Assembly: GCA_035285865.1 (NCBI GenBank)
Contig: JAYKHS010000024.1
Coordinates: 1-64,000 of the forward strand
Direction: 5' to 3'
DNA length: 64,000 bases
From: Candidatus Sericytochromatia bacterium
GTDB lineage: Bacteria; Cyanobacteriota; Sericytochromatia; S15B-MN24; VGJW01
Made by a program: the position numbers and the translations under genes. The notes under the pieces were generated by a model that was not told the origin of the DNA, searched no databases, and was given only the letters and a program-made list of their open reading frames with translations. Numbering within the stretch: the stretch's first letter is position 1; each line of letters starts with the position of its first letter. Positions 47,700-57,164 of this stretch are shown one piece after another.

Positions 47700-49915
47700 G
47701 GAGAAGGGGCGGTGCCCAAACGTCCATGTTCCCCGGAAGCAGCCGATTTCACCCTGTCCACCCCTTCGCCGGGGGCTTGCGATGGTCGTCGCAACGTCAA
47801 GGTACTGGCCAGGGGGGCGCAATCGATCAGCATGCCCTCGCGCAGATGGGCCAGGACGAAATGAGCCTCATCGCCCGGCATCATCCGGAGCCACGCCCAC
47901 GGTACCGCCCACTCGACGGTATCGAGACCGCTCGAGGCCATCTGCACGGGCAGGCGCTGCCAACGCCGGAACTCGCCCGCCTCCTCGAAGAAGACCACGC
48001 CCTCCTCAGGCCGGATGCGCACGAGATGCGAGTAGTGGAAGGCCGCAACCGGCGCCTGGACTGCCAGGGTCTCGGCCGGCAGGGGCGCATTGTGTCCTGT
48101 CCTTCCGGGGTGGAACCACGCCACGAGAACTTCGTCCCCGGCAGCCCGGGCAAAGGCAGGCCCCAGGTCGAGCCGCATCGTCACGACGGCGTCGGAGGAC
48201 CACCAGTCCAGGCGACCGAGGCCATGGTCGGCACCCTGGTGCATGGCCCCCTGCCCGGCCGCCGGGTCGTGCGTCCCCTGGCCATCCGCACCGGAAGCCG
48301 CCCGCGGCGTGACGGGCTCATCCAGCTCCTCGGGCACGGCAAGCCCCATCGCGCGCCACGCCGCACGCAAGTGCGCCCGGAACTGAGCATCGAAGCGCTC
48401 GTCCTGCCCCGAATCGTGACCGGCCCCGAACCACCAGAACCAGTCGCTGCCCTCGGCGGCCAGCAACTCCTGAAAGGCCTCGTCCTTGCCGATGCCCTGA
48501 TGCTCCTCCCACGCCGCGCGCACGTCCGCCAGCAACTCCCACGCCCGATTCTTCGTCGGCTCGCCGATCCACGTCGTGTAGTCCGCCCCGATCCAGGAGC
48601 CGCAATGGATGGGCGGCAGGGTCACGGTCGGCGAATGCTTGGCCAAGTAGCCGGTCACGGTGCAGGCCTCGATGTCCGGATCGGCGGCGAGGCGGCGGTA
48701 AAGCGCCTCGAGGAACGGCCGGCCATCACCCGGATAGTGCTCCCAGCAGTTCTCCCCATCGAGCGCGATCGTGACCAGCGGATCCTCGAGCGGCGTGCGG
48801 CGCGCGATGGCCGTCAGGCGGGCGTGCACGTCCGCAGCCGCGGCCTCGGGCTCCCACGTGGCATAGGTAAAGCCGATCCGATCCGAGAGCACGATGTCGC
48901 GGAAGGCCATCGCAACGGGCCCCGCCGTCGTACGCACGACATACGGACGATACAGCAGCTCGGGCCGCGTCGGCAGTCCGTGGCCATCCCGCTCGAAGCG
49001 CACACCCAGCGTGTGAGCGAGGACCCCCTCGTCCGAGAGCGTCCACTTGATCCCTTCACGCGCCAGCAGGGCGAGGGTCGCGGGGGACACCGACTGCTCG
49101 CTCGGCCACATGCCCGATGGCCGGTGCCCCATCCACTCCGCGAACTTGTCCAGGCCCGAGCGCACGTGATGGCGAGCATCCTGGGGCCACGCAAAGCGAC
49201 GACGAGGCAACGGCAGATGCGGCCGCGCCTGCCGCGCCACGTTCGTGTCGATGAGCAGCGGCAGAATGGGATGGTAGTACGGCGTGGTCGTGAGTTCGAC
49301 GGCACCGCGGGCCGCCAGGTCCCGATAGGCCGGCACGATGCGTCCCAGGATACGGCGATGGAGTGCCGCCAATTGGCGGGCATCCTCGGCATCGAAACCG
49401 CGGTCCTTCGCGATCAGTCGGTCGAGTAGCGGTTCGGACGCTCGCCACGCCGGATCTACCCACGCCAGATTGAACCAGACGACGAGGTCGGTCCAGTCTT
49501 GATGCGTGAAAGCCCGCACCGCCTCGGACGGACTGTAGGAGGCAAGAAGCTCTTCCCGCTTGGCCAGCAGCTGCGCATAACGCGGATAAGGCTTGGCCAT
49601 GTGGTCCCAGTGCAGGTCGAAGAACCGCTGGATGGCATAAGTGCGATCCTCGTGAGTCCACGCCGCGGCGGGACGCAACAACAGATCAAGCGCCGCATCC
49701 GTCAGACTGCCGTCGGCATAGGCGATGATCTGGTCCAGCAGCGACGGTACCAGGTTGAAGGTCTGGCGAATGTCAGGATGCTCCTCGAGCAGAAGCAGCA
49801 TGTCGAGATAATCCTTGACCCCATGCAGGCGAACCCAGGGCATGTGGGCAAAGCCCGTACCGCGCTCGCGGTAGGTGGGCTGATGCATGTGCCAGACAAA
49901 TGCGACGTGTAACAC
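47696..49915 (-). CDS. glycoside hydrolase family 57 (amylopullulanase-like)
   Basis: FVWHMHQP, PWVRLHG, ELTTTPYYHPILPL, GMWPSE, ALDGENCWE, AEGSDWFWW. Confidence 0.93.
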   Translation of the reverse strand: MLHVAFVWHMHQPTYRERGTGFAHMPWVRLHGVKDYLDMLLLLEEHPDIRQTFNLVPSLLDQIIAYADGSLTDAALDLLLRPAAAWTHEDRTYAIQRFFDLHWDHMAKPYPRYAQLLAKREELLASYSPSEAVRAFTHQDWTDLVVWFNLAWVDPAWRASEPLLDRLIAKDRGFDAEDARQLAALHRRILGRIVPAYRDLAARGAVELTTTPYYHPILPLLIDTNVARQARPHLPLPRRRFAWPQDARHHVRSGLDKFAEWMGHRPSGMWPSEQSVSPATLALLAREGIKWTLSDEGVLAHTLGVRFERDGHGLPTRPELLYRPYVVRTTAGPVAMAFRDIVLSDRIGFTYATWEPEAAAADVHARLTAIARRTPLEDPLVTIALDGENCWEHYPGDGRPFLEALYRRLAADPDIEACTVTGYLAKHSPTVTLPPIHCGSWIGADYTTWIGEPTKNRAWELLADVRAAWEEHQGIGKDEAFQELLAAEGSDWFWWFGAGHDSGQDERFDAQFRAHLRAAWRAMGLAVPEELDEPVTPRAASGADGQGTHDPAAGQGAMHQGADHGLGRLDWWSSDAVVTMRLDLGPAFARAAGDEVLVAWFHPGRTGHNAPLPAETLAVQAPVAAFHYSHLVRIRPEEGVVFFEEAGEFRRWQRLPVQMASSGLDTVEWAVPWAWLRMMPGDEAHFVLAHLREGMLIDCAPLASTLTLRRPSQAPGEGVDRVKSAASGEHGRLGTAPSP

Positions 49916-50090
49916 GGAATCCTTGCGGCCAATGGTCTAAGCAGGGAAAGCACGCTTGGCGAACCGAACGTCCAAGCCACACTAGGATACCCGCCCCGGC
50001 GAACGGCTTCCACACCATGGCATCCCATCCGCTTCATCCGCACCGGTCCGGTCCTTGCACCAGACCGCATCGGCACGGGCTCCGCTGACC

Positions 50091-51026
50091 ATGCTGGACT
50101 GGCTGCTGGTGCCCGCCATTGCCGCACCGCTGGCGGTCGGAGGACTGACCTACGAGGTCGACAAGGGGGGTCTCGCTCCCTCATCCGGCAACGAAACCGA
50201 GCTGTGGGCCAACGCCCCCGATGCATCCGTGGTCGTGCGCAACCGACAGACGGGCGCGTGGACAGGACCCTTGCGATGGACGAACGTCATGCCCGATTCG
50301 GTCCTCGTCAGCCGCGGTGGCGTCGGCGAGGGCACGGCCGGCCGGAGTGGCGACATTGCCGCCCCCCTCGCACTCGCAGGCGGTGGTACCGGAGCATGGT
50401 CGCTGCGTCCGCCCCGTGTGCACGGAGGCACCGTAGCCTTCGTCTCCCACGTCGGCTCGGGATGGCGCGGCCTGAAGGACCATGGGACGCCGCGATTCGC
50501 CCTCGTGCTGGGTGGCACGCCCAGCGGAGCCGCGATGAACCTCGTCCGCGGATCAGGCCTTCCCACCTACCTGCTGGCCGGAATCCGCGATGATGCGGCC
50601 ACGACGCGTCGGCGCCTCGGCCAACCCTGGCAGGCCTTCACCTGGCAGGACCAGCGCTTCCTGCTGCTGGACAATCGGGCGCACAAGCTGGGCCGGGTCC
50701 AGCTCACGTGGCTGGAGCGCCAGGTCGTGGCCACCCGGACCTCCGGTGCCCGGCGCACATGGGTCCTGATGCAGCATCCACCGGTCATTCCGGGCGGTCG
50801 CGGGCCCGATGGACTCGACGATCGTCGCGAGGCCCGCAAGGTCGCCAAGTTGCTGCGGGGTCTGCCGGGCGCACAACTGGTCGCCGGCCATACGGGCCGG
50901 AGCGCGCGCCGACGCTGGGGAGGACTCGAGATCACACTCGTGGGGCCGAACAGCGTCCTGTCGGCCGACCTCGCTCGTCCAGCGGCCGCACCTGTCCTTT
51001 CAGGCGGGACTGAAAAGAAGCGCTAG
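50091..51026 (+). CDS. hypothetical protein with degenerate metallophosphoesterase-like C-terminal domain
   Basis: N-terminal hydrophobic segment; FLLLDN..LG..QLTWLE, VLMQHPP, VAGH; GNHD replaced by GIRD. Confidence 0.55.
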   Translation: MLDWLLVPAIAAPLAVGGLTYEVDKGGLAPSSGNETELWANAPDASVVVRNRQTGAWTGPLRWTNVMPDSVLVSRGGVGEGTAGRSGDIAAPLALAGGGTGAWSLRPPRVHGGTVAFVSHVGSGWRGLKDHGTPRFALVLGGTPSGAAMNLVRGSGLPTYLLAGIRDDAATTRRRLGQPWQAFTWQDQRFLLLDNRAHKLGRVQLTWLERQVVATRTSGARRTWVLMQHPPVIPGGRGPDGLDDRREARKVAKLLRGLPGAQLVAGHTGRSARRRWGGLEITLVGPNSVLSADLARPAAAPVLSGGTEKKR

Positions 51027-51094
51027 AGCAGCGTCATCCGTGCCGACGGGGACATGCCGGGCGAACATTCCGGGCAGATGCTGCATCCATGCGG

Positions 51095-51146
51095 TGCCTA
51101 CCCGTCCTGCATGCCTGATGTCGGAGGCATCCAGGACGGGTAGGTA
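51095..51146. promoter_or_regulatory. long hairpin upstream of the nucleotidyltransferase pseudogene
   Basis: CCTACCCGTCCTG-C-ATGCCT / AGGCAT-C-CAGGACGGGTAGG, 13 + 6 bp stems. Confidence 0.55.
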
Positions 51147-51152
51147 AGCCAC

Positions 51153-51638
51153 CTGTTCTATATGGACCTCTTCGCCGCCCTGCGACGCCACGAGGTCCAC
51201 CACGTCCTGATTGGAGGCCTTGCAGTCTCGCTGCACGGCATCGAGCGCGCCACGATGGATATCGACCTCGCCCTCGACTGCGAACCTGAAAACCTGCGTG
51301 CCATGGTCGAGGTTGCCCGGGAGCAGAGCCTGCAGCCCACTCTGGCCCTCCCCCTCGAGGCACTTGCGGACCGAGCACTGCTGGCCTAATGGCAGCAGGA
51401 GCGGAACCTCACGGCCTTCGCCTTGCGCGGCAAGGAACTGGCCGGTATGACCATAGTCCTGCTGCTCTTCCCTCCGGTCCCCGTCCGCGACATGGAACGC
51501 AGGGCGCTGAACCTCGACGTGGCGGGCACCACCATCCAGGTGGCCGGCATCGAGGGCCTGATCCGTCTCAAGGTGCACGCAGGTCGCCCCATCGACCTCG
51601 CGGACATCGCGCATCTGCGCAGGTTGCAACAGCCGTGA
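51153..51638 (+). pseudogene. Pol-beta-type nucleotidyltransferase interrupted by an in-frame TAA (51387-51389)
   Basis: LIGGLAV..HG..RATMDID before the stop; the same frame continues to LIRLK..GRPIDLADI. ORFs 51162..51389 and 51423..51638 are in one frame. Confidence 0.8.
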
Positions 51639-51847
51639 CGCGACGCTTCGACCCGGGTGATCGCACCTACCTGCTCAGCGATGCGCGCCTCGAGGCCTTC
51701 CGTAAGCTGACCCCGGAACAGAGGCTGGCGTGGGTGGAGCAACTGGCAGCCTTTCCCCGGTTGGCCCGACTGGCTCGGGAGGGGTCGCCGCCAGACACCA
51801 GCCTCCCCCAAAGCAGCAACCCTGCCCCCGAGGGGACAGGGCTGTGA
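51635..51847 (+). CDS. small hypothetical protein, putative partner of the nucleotidyltransferase
   Basis: GTGA overlap; SDARLEAFRKLTPEQRLAWVEQ motif. Confidence 0.55.
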   Translation: MTRRFDPGDRTYLLSDARLEAFRKLTPEQRLAWVEQLAAFPRLARLAREGSPPDTSLPQSSNPAPEGTGL

Positions 51848-51994
51848 AGCTCGCCGGGTCCTAGCGGACGAACGGCAGGCGGATCTTGGTCTCGCGGGCG
51901 CCTTGGAGGGTGCCTTCGGTGGTCCACTGACGCATGGGTTGCTCCTTCCGGATATGTGAACGGCCACGGGGCCGAATCATGTCGCTTGGGGGTG

Positions 51995-53257
51995 TCACCG
52001 GACGCCGAGGGCGGCGTCTGCCTGGACGAGACCGTGGCCGAAGACAACGTCGTGTCCCTTGGGGCCAAGGTCGAGCGAGGTCCGCTCGACGTGCGTGCGG
52101 ACCTTTTTCCAGTCCCAGTCGGGGTGCACCGACCAGGTCAGGGCGCAGGTCGCCGCGACGACCGGGCAGGCCATCGAGGTTCCCTGCAGAGGGGCGTAGA
52201 ACTTGGGGTAGCCGAACTTGTTGAGTGGCACGTCGTAGGTCGGCGTCGTGGCGACGATGTTCGTGCCAGGCGCGCCGACGCTGATCTCGGGGCCGTAGTT
52301 GGAGAAGTTGGCCTTCTCGTCCTTCTCGCTGATGGCCGAGACGGCCATGTAGTACTTGTCCCAGCGGGCAGGAGTGCCGACGGCCGTGTTGCTGTTGCCG
52401 GCGGCGGCGACCAGGAGGGCGCCCTTGCGGGTCGCATACCAGCCGGTGGTGTACGAGACGCCGTCGACGGTGGCCGCGCCGCCCAGCGACATGTTCACCA
52501 CGACGTGGACCTTGTTCTCGACGCCATAGTCGGCAGCGAACTTCACGCCCTTGGCAATCTGGTAGAGGCTGCCACCGCCGGTGGCCGCCAGCACCTGTAC
52601 AGGCAGGATGCGGGCCTTGGGCGCCACGCCCGTCACGCCCTCGGCGTTGTTCTGCACGGCGGCGATGGTACCGGCGACGTGGGTACCGTGGCCTTGCTCG
52701 TCCAGACCGTCGGGCAGGTTGTTCACATACGAGAAGCCCTTGCTCACGATGTTGGCCGCGAGGTCCGGATGACCATAATCCACGCCGGTGTCCACGACGG
52801 CGACGACCACGCCTTCACCCTGCGTCCGGCTCCACGCCTTCTGGGCGCCGATGCGGTTGATGTACCACTGCTGGGCGAAGAGGGGGTCGTCCACGGACAA
52901 CGCGCCACGGAACAGGTCGAGTGCGCGGGGCTTGTAGGCCGGCACTTCGAGTTGCACGCGACGGTTGGGTTCGACGTTGACGACCCCCTTCACCGACTTG
53001 ATGGACGCGAGCAGGGCCGGCCCCTCCGCCTTGACCAGCAGGAAGCTCCCGAGGTCGCCCAGATCCAGCGTATCCACCACCTTGGCTCCAGCCGGCGCGA
53101 CAAAGCGCGTTCCGGCCTTCACCTGGACCACCTGCTCACCGGCGATGGCCTGACCCGTGACCGGGGCTTCGGCAGGCTTGCTGCCCAGCGAAGGGACCAC
53201 GGCACCACAACCCGCGAGGACGACGGTCGCAGAAAGAATCCCAGCAAAGCGGCGCAT
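51995..53257 (-). CDS. S8 subtilase lipoprotein
   Basis: Lipobox VLAG-C; VDTGVD, HGTHVAG, AAGNS, GTSMA. Confidence 0.93.
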   Translation of the reverse strand: MRRFAGILSATVVLAGCGAVVPSLGSKPAEAPVTGQAIAGEQVVQVKAGTRFVAPAGAKVVDTLDLGDLGSFLLVKAEGPALLASIKSVKGVVNVEPNRRVQLEVPAYKPRALDLFRGALSVDDPLFAQQWYINRIGAQKAWSRTQGEGVVVAVVDTGVDYGHPDLAANIVSKGFSYVNNLPDGLDEQGHGTHVAGTIAAVQNNAEGVTGVAPKARILPVQVLAATGGGSLYQIAKGVKFAADYGVENKVHVVVNMSLGGAATVDGVSYTTGWYATRKGALLVAAAGNSNTAVGTPARWDKYYMAVSAISEKDEKANFSNYGPEISVGAPGTNIVATTPTYDVPLNKFGYPKFYAPLQGTSMACPVVAATCALTWSVHPDWDWKKVRTHVERTSLDLGPKGHDVVFGHGLVQADAALGVR

Positions 53258-53401
53258 CGGCGAAGCTCCCGTCTCTCGGCCCGACCTAAGTCGAGGTGAA
53301 TGTGTAGTTAAGAAAGATTTAAGTAACAGCTCTGCTATGCTAGCTCCACATCAAGTCGGATGCAAGCCCCAACGTAAACTTTTTTCAGGCAGGAGAGGAC
53401 G

Positions 53402-54310
53402 ATGCCGCGACATCTGCACGTGACGGGCATTTCCGGCATGCTGGGCCACGACCTCGCAGCGGCTGCATTGGCCCGCGGATGGGCGGTTTCGGGCATCGGC
53501 ACGCACGACGTCGAGGCGTTGTCCCTGCCGGACGGCGTTCGCTACACCCGCTGGAGTTGGGATGGCTCGACCTCGGCCGAGGACCTTCTGGCACTGGGCG
53601 TCGGCGAGGCCGATGTCGTCGTGCATGCGGCAGCCTACACCCAGGTCGACAAGGCCGAAGAAGAGGAGACCAAAGCCCACTCGGTAAACGCCCTCTGGTC
53701 GGCGCGGCTGGCGGAAGCCTGCCGGATTGCCGGCAAGCGGCTCGTCTACATCAGTACGGACTATGTCTTCGATGGCAGCCGTCAGACCCCCTGGGAGACC
53801 GGCGACCCTATCTCACCGCTCGGGGCTTACGGCCGGACCAAGGCTGCGGGCGAGGCCGCGGCCGCGACGGCCCCTGACCACCAGATCGTCCGCACGAGCT
53901 GGCTCTTCGGCCATCACGGTCCCAACTTCGTCGAGACCATCCTCAAGGCGGCTGCCAGCCGGCCCGAACTGCGCGTGGTCGACGACCAGCATGGCTGCCC
54001 CACGGCGACGGCCGACCTGGCCGATGCCCTCCTGCGCCTTCAGGATCACGCCGCGACGGGCATCTTCCACCTGACGAACCAAGGTCCGACGACATGGTGG
54101 GGCTTCGCACGCGAGATCGTCCGGCTTGGCGGACTGGCCACGCCGGTCCTGACGCAGTCGACCGCCGAGGCAGGCAGGCCGGCTCCGCGCCCGGCGCACA
54201 GCGTCCTGTCGGACCGCGCGTGGCGGGCCCTTGGCGAGGCCCCGCTGCCCCACTGGCAAGATGCTCTGGCCCGATACATGGCCAGCAGACCCATCGCGAC
54301 ACGGGCCTGA
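53402..54310 (+). CDS. rfbD: dTDP-4-dehydrorhamnose reductase
   Basis: TGISGMLG, AAYTQVDKAE, ISTDYVFDG, YGRTK, VVDDQHGCPT, APRPAHS. Confidence 0.93.
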   Translation: MPRHLHVTGISGMLGHDLAAAALARGWAVSGIGTHDVEALSLPDGVRYTRWSWDGSTSAEDLLALGVGEADVVVHAAAYTQVDKAEEEETKAHSVNALWSARLAEACRIAGKRLVYISTDYVFDGSRQTPWETGDPISPLGAYGRTKAAGEAAAATAPDHQIVRTSWLFGHHGPNFVETILKAAASRPELRVVDDQHGCPTATADLADALLRLQDHAATGIFHLTNQGPTTWWGFAREIVRLGGLATPVLTQSTAEAGRPAPRPAHSVLSDRAWRALGEAPLPHWQDALARYMASRPIATRA

Positions 54311-54316
54311 CAAGCG

Positions 54317-55183
54317 TCAACCGGGGGGCGCGTCCGCGGAAGCCACGGGGGACTGCGCACCCGCCAGGCGACGCAGCAAGGCACGCCAGAAGGACTGCTC
54401 CGGCCCGGCGACACAGCGTGGCAGCAGGACCACCGCAAGCCTCAAGGCGAGCAGAAATCGGTCCACCGGCCCGTTGAAGCGCCGGTAATAACGCACCTGG
54501 CCCTGACGCCGATACCACTCCAGACGATGGCCAAGGGCGCGGGTCGCGACCCCCCTGATATGCTCGGCCCGCGCATCCGGTACCAAACGCAATCGCCAGC
54601 CCTCTTCCCTCATGCGTCGGCAGAGATCGGCATCCTCGTAATAGAGGAAGTAACCCGGGTCGAATCCTCCGACTGCATCCCACGCCTCCCGACGAACCAG
54701 CAGGCAGCAGGCACTCAACCACGGCACGTCACGGACGCCGACGGGGCGATTGGGTGTCGTTCGACCCCGCCGCCGCTCCGACCACTCGCTGACAAAGGCC
54801 GGATCCGCACCCCAGGTCCGCTCCCACGACCCCGAGTGGTCCTGCACGGCCGGGCCAACCGCCGCCAACCGCGAATCCGCACCCAAGGCGTCAGCCAGGC
54901 ATCCTAGACCGGCGGCATCGATCCGCGCGTCGGGGTTCAACAGGAGGATGTCGGCCTTCCCGAGCTCGGCTGCGCCGAGATTGCACGCCTGTCCGAAGCC
55001 GAGATTCCTCCCCGGGACGATCACCCGGACTCCCGGACGCACAGCCTGCAACGCCTTCGCGAATCCCTCCTCAGCGGCATTGTCGATCACCACCACCTCG
55101 AGGTCGGCCGGCAAGGCTGCCAAGGCCCCGCGCAGCACGTCTCCCGAATGCCAGCTGACCAGCACCACGCCTGTCTCGGCCAT
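54317..55183 (-). CDS. GT2 glycosyltransferase (WbbL-like rhamnosyltransferase)
   Basis: VIDNA, NLGFGQACNLG, LLLNPD, VGGFDPGYFLYYEDADLC. Confidence 0.88.
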   Translation of the reverse strand: MAETGVVLVSWHSGDVLRGALAALPADLEVVVIDNAAEEGFAKALQAVRPGVRVIVPGRNLGFGQACNLGAAELGKADILLLNPDARIDAAGLGCLADALGADSRLAAVGPAVQDHSGSWERTWGADPAFVSEWSERRRGRTTPNRPVGVRDVPWLSACCLLVRREAWDAVGGFDPGYFLYYEDADLCRRMREEGWRLRLVPDARAEHIRGVATRALGHRLEWYRRQGQVRYYRRFNGPVDRFLLALRLAVVLLPRCVAGPEQSFWRALLRRLAGAQSPVASADAPPG

Positions 55184-55186
55184 CGC

Positions 55187-57079
55187 TCAGGCTCTCTGGA
55201 CCGGCAGGGGGCGATTGCCCAGGAACCAGCCGGTGAGGGCCAGCAGCAGGGCCAGAATCGCGGTGGCCACCCCCTGCCCCGCCAGGCCGGCCAATCCCAG
55301 CGGATCGTGACGCAACTCCAGCACGTGCACCCCCGAAGACACCGGCACGGCAGCCAATCCCCCATAAGCCGGAAGCAGGGAAGCCTCCGTGAGGACCTCC
55401 CCCGAGCGCACCAGCACGCGCCACGCCGGATCGAATCGCAGCGCCAGCACCGCGTGCCCGTCGCCCGTGGCCGAGACCCTGAAGGACCAGAAGCCGGGCT
55501 TGCGGACAAGATCGGTCACCAGTCCCGCCGATCCGGTAGAAACCGGCCCCGGCATGACGCCCTCGGGCAACCAGAGTTCCTCGGGACCGCCGGGCGATGC
55601 CTTGGCAAGCGCCAAGCGCAAGGACTCCGCCGGCAGGACACGCACCGGATCCCCGGTGAACCGCACCCAAGGACGCGCAAAGGGACGCACCGAGACACGC
55701 ATGTCCGGGCCATCATGAGCCAGCAGCTCGCCCTCGGGAACGCTCGCGGACGGCGGCAGCACCGTCTGGCGAACGGCCAACATGTCGAGGACCGCGCCAC
55801 CGATGGAGAGAAAGCGCCGATGGTCCTCGGGAGAGGCGTCGTCGCCCGCATCCTCCAGGCCGTACATGCTGCACAGGACACCGGGGATCATGTCACCCGA
55901 CCGCCGAATGCGTCCCTCCTCCCTCAAGGGGACCGTGAAGTATAGCCCTGCAGTCTCGGGCAACCGGCCCGGCCACGGTCGGTCCGGCAGGCTGCCCAGA
56001 TGCAGGACCAGAGATTCCGCGGCCAGCAGCACGGGCCACCAGCGAGCCAACTGGCCCCCGCGCCACGTTACGGCCCCGAGGCCCGCGAGCATGGCCACGG
56101 CCGGAAGAACCACGACCAACAGGCCGGGCGCCCAGGGAACCGCGGCCGCCACGGCCGGCAACAGCCAGCGCCGGCGATCCGTGAGGCCGGCGAAGCCCAT
56201 CCCGGCAGCCAGCAGCAGAAGGAATCCAGGCCATCCGGCTCCGCGTCCCGCCCACGACGTACCGTCCCAGGCCAGCCAACCCGGCAGGCAGACAGGCACG
56301 ATCGCGGCACCCAGCAACAAGCCTCCCAGCATCACGAATGCCGTGCGACGCGACTTTCCAGCCAGCAGCAGGACCACGCCCAGCGCACCGACCAGCACCA
56401 CCGCCGCCGCCACGGGCGCAGCAGTCAGCCACGCCCAGCCGGAGGCAAGGGCCACGAGGCCGCACCCGCGCCACCAGGCGCCGCGCCGGACCTGATCGAT
56501 GGCCAGCAGCAGCCACGGCGCCACGGCCACCGCACCGTCCAGTTCGAGGAGATGGACGTGAAAGGCCCACGGGGAGACACCTGCGACCACGCCCGCCACG
56601 ATCGCACCGGCGGCAGGCAGGCCCATGCGCAGGGCCAGCAGGCCCGTGCCCAGAGCACAGAGCAGGCTGCGCAGGAGACCGAGCAGCAGCGTGGCCCGCT
56701 CCGGACCGAGCGGCAGAACAGCATGCAGCAGGGGATCGAGGACCGTCCCGGATCGACCATGCGCCAGGCCACCGACCCCACCCGCCGCCAGCGCCGGCTC
56801 GGCCCACGGCCAGCGCCGGTCGGCCAGCGCATCCAGTTCGCGCAACCACGTCGCGCGCGGTCCCTGCCAGGCACGACCCTCCTCGGTCTGGGCAAGGGTC
56901 TCGGGCGCTTGCTTGCCCCAAGGCAGGACGGCCGCGAGTGCCCGGGTGGACCAAGGCAAGGCCCCAGCGCGCAGGGCCGGCGCCGCCACCGACAGCATGG
57001 TGCCCGACCACAGCAGCACGATGGCCACCAGCAAGCCCAGACGGCTCGTCCGGATGGCCGGCGGTTCAGCAGCTGACAT
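55187..57079 (-). CDS. YfhO-like multi-pass membrane protein (GT-C-like)
   Basis: Many TMs; C-terminal FDPAWRV...AVPVSSGVHVLELRHDP followed by a terminal TM, typical of YfhO. Confidence 0.6.
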   Translation of the reverse strand: MSAAEPPAIRTSRLGLLVAIVLLWSGTMLSVAAPALRAGALPWSTRALAAVLPWGKQAPETLAQTEEGRAWQGPRATWLRELDALADRRWPWAEPALAAGGVGGLAHGRSGTVLDPLLHAVLPLGPERATLLLGLLRSLLCALGTGLLALRMGLPAAGAIVAGVVAGVSPWAFHVHLLELDGAVAVAPWLLLAIDQVRRGAWWRGCGLVALASGWAWLTAAPVAAAVVLVGALGVVLLLAGKSRRTAFVMLGGLLLGAAIVPVCLPGWLAWDGTSWAGRGAGWPGFLLLLAAGMGFAGLTDRRRWLLPAVAAAVPWAPGLLVVVLPAVAMLAGLGAVTWRGGQLARWWPVLLAAESLVLHLGSLPDRPWPGRLPETAGLYFTVPLREEGRIRRSGDMIPGVLCSMYGLEDAGDDASPEDHRRFLSIGGAVLDMLAVRQTVLPPSASVPEGELLAHDGPDMRVSVRPFARPWVRFTGDPVRVLPAESLRLALAKASPGGPEELWLPEGVMPGPVSTGSAGLVTDLVRKPGFWSFRVSATGDGHAVLALRFDPAWRVLVRSGEVLTEASLLPAYGGLAAVPVSSGVHVLELRHDPLGLAGLAGQGVATAILALLLALTGWFLGNRPLPVQRA

Positions 57080-57164
57080 GGCGCATTCCTTGGGGAAAAG
57101 GCTATGCTTCACAGGATACACAGGTCCCTGTCCCCTCTGTTCCGTCCCTCCCCGATACGAGCGC

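Noticed and set aside
47726..49429. Large opposite-strand ORFs (also 13685..15310, 27025..29337, 58765..60333)
   Set aside because: Antisense shadows of well-supported genes with no independent motifs.
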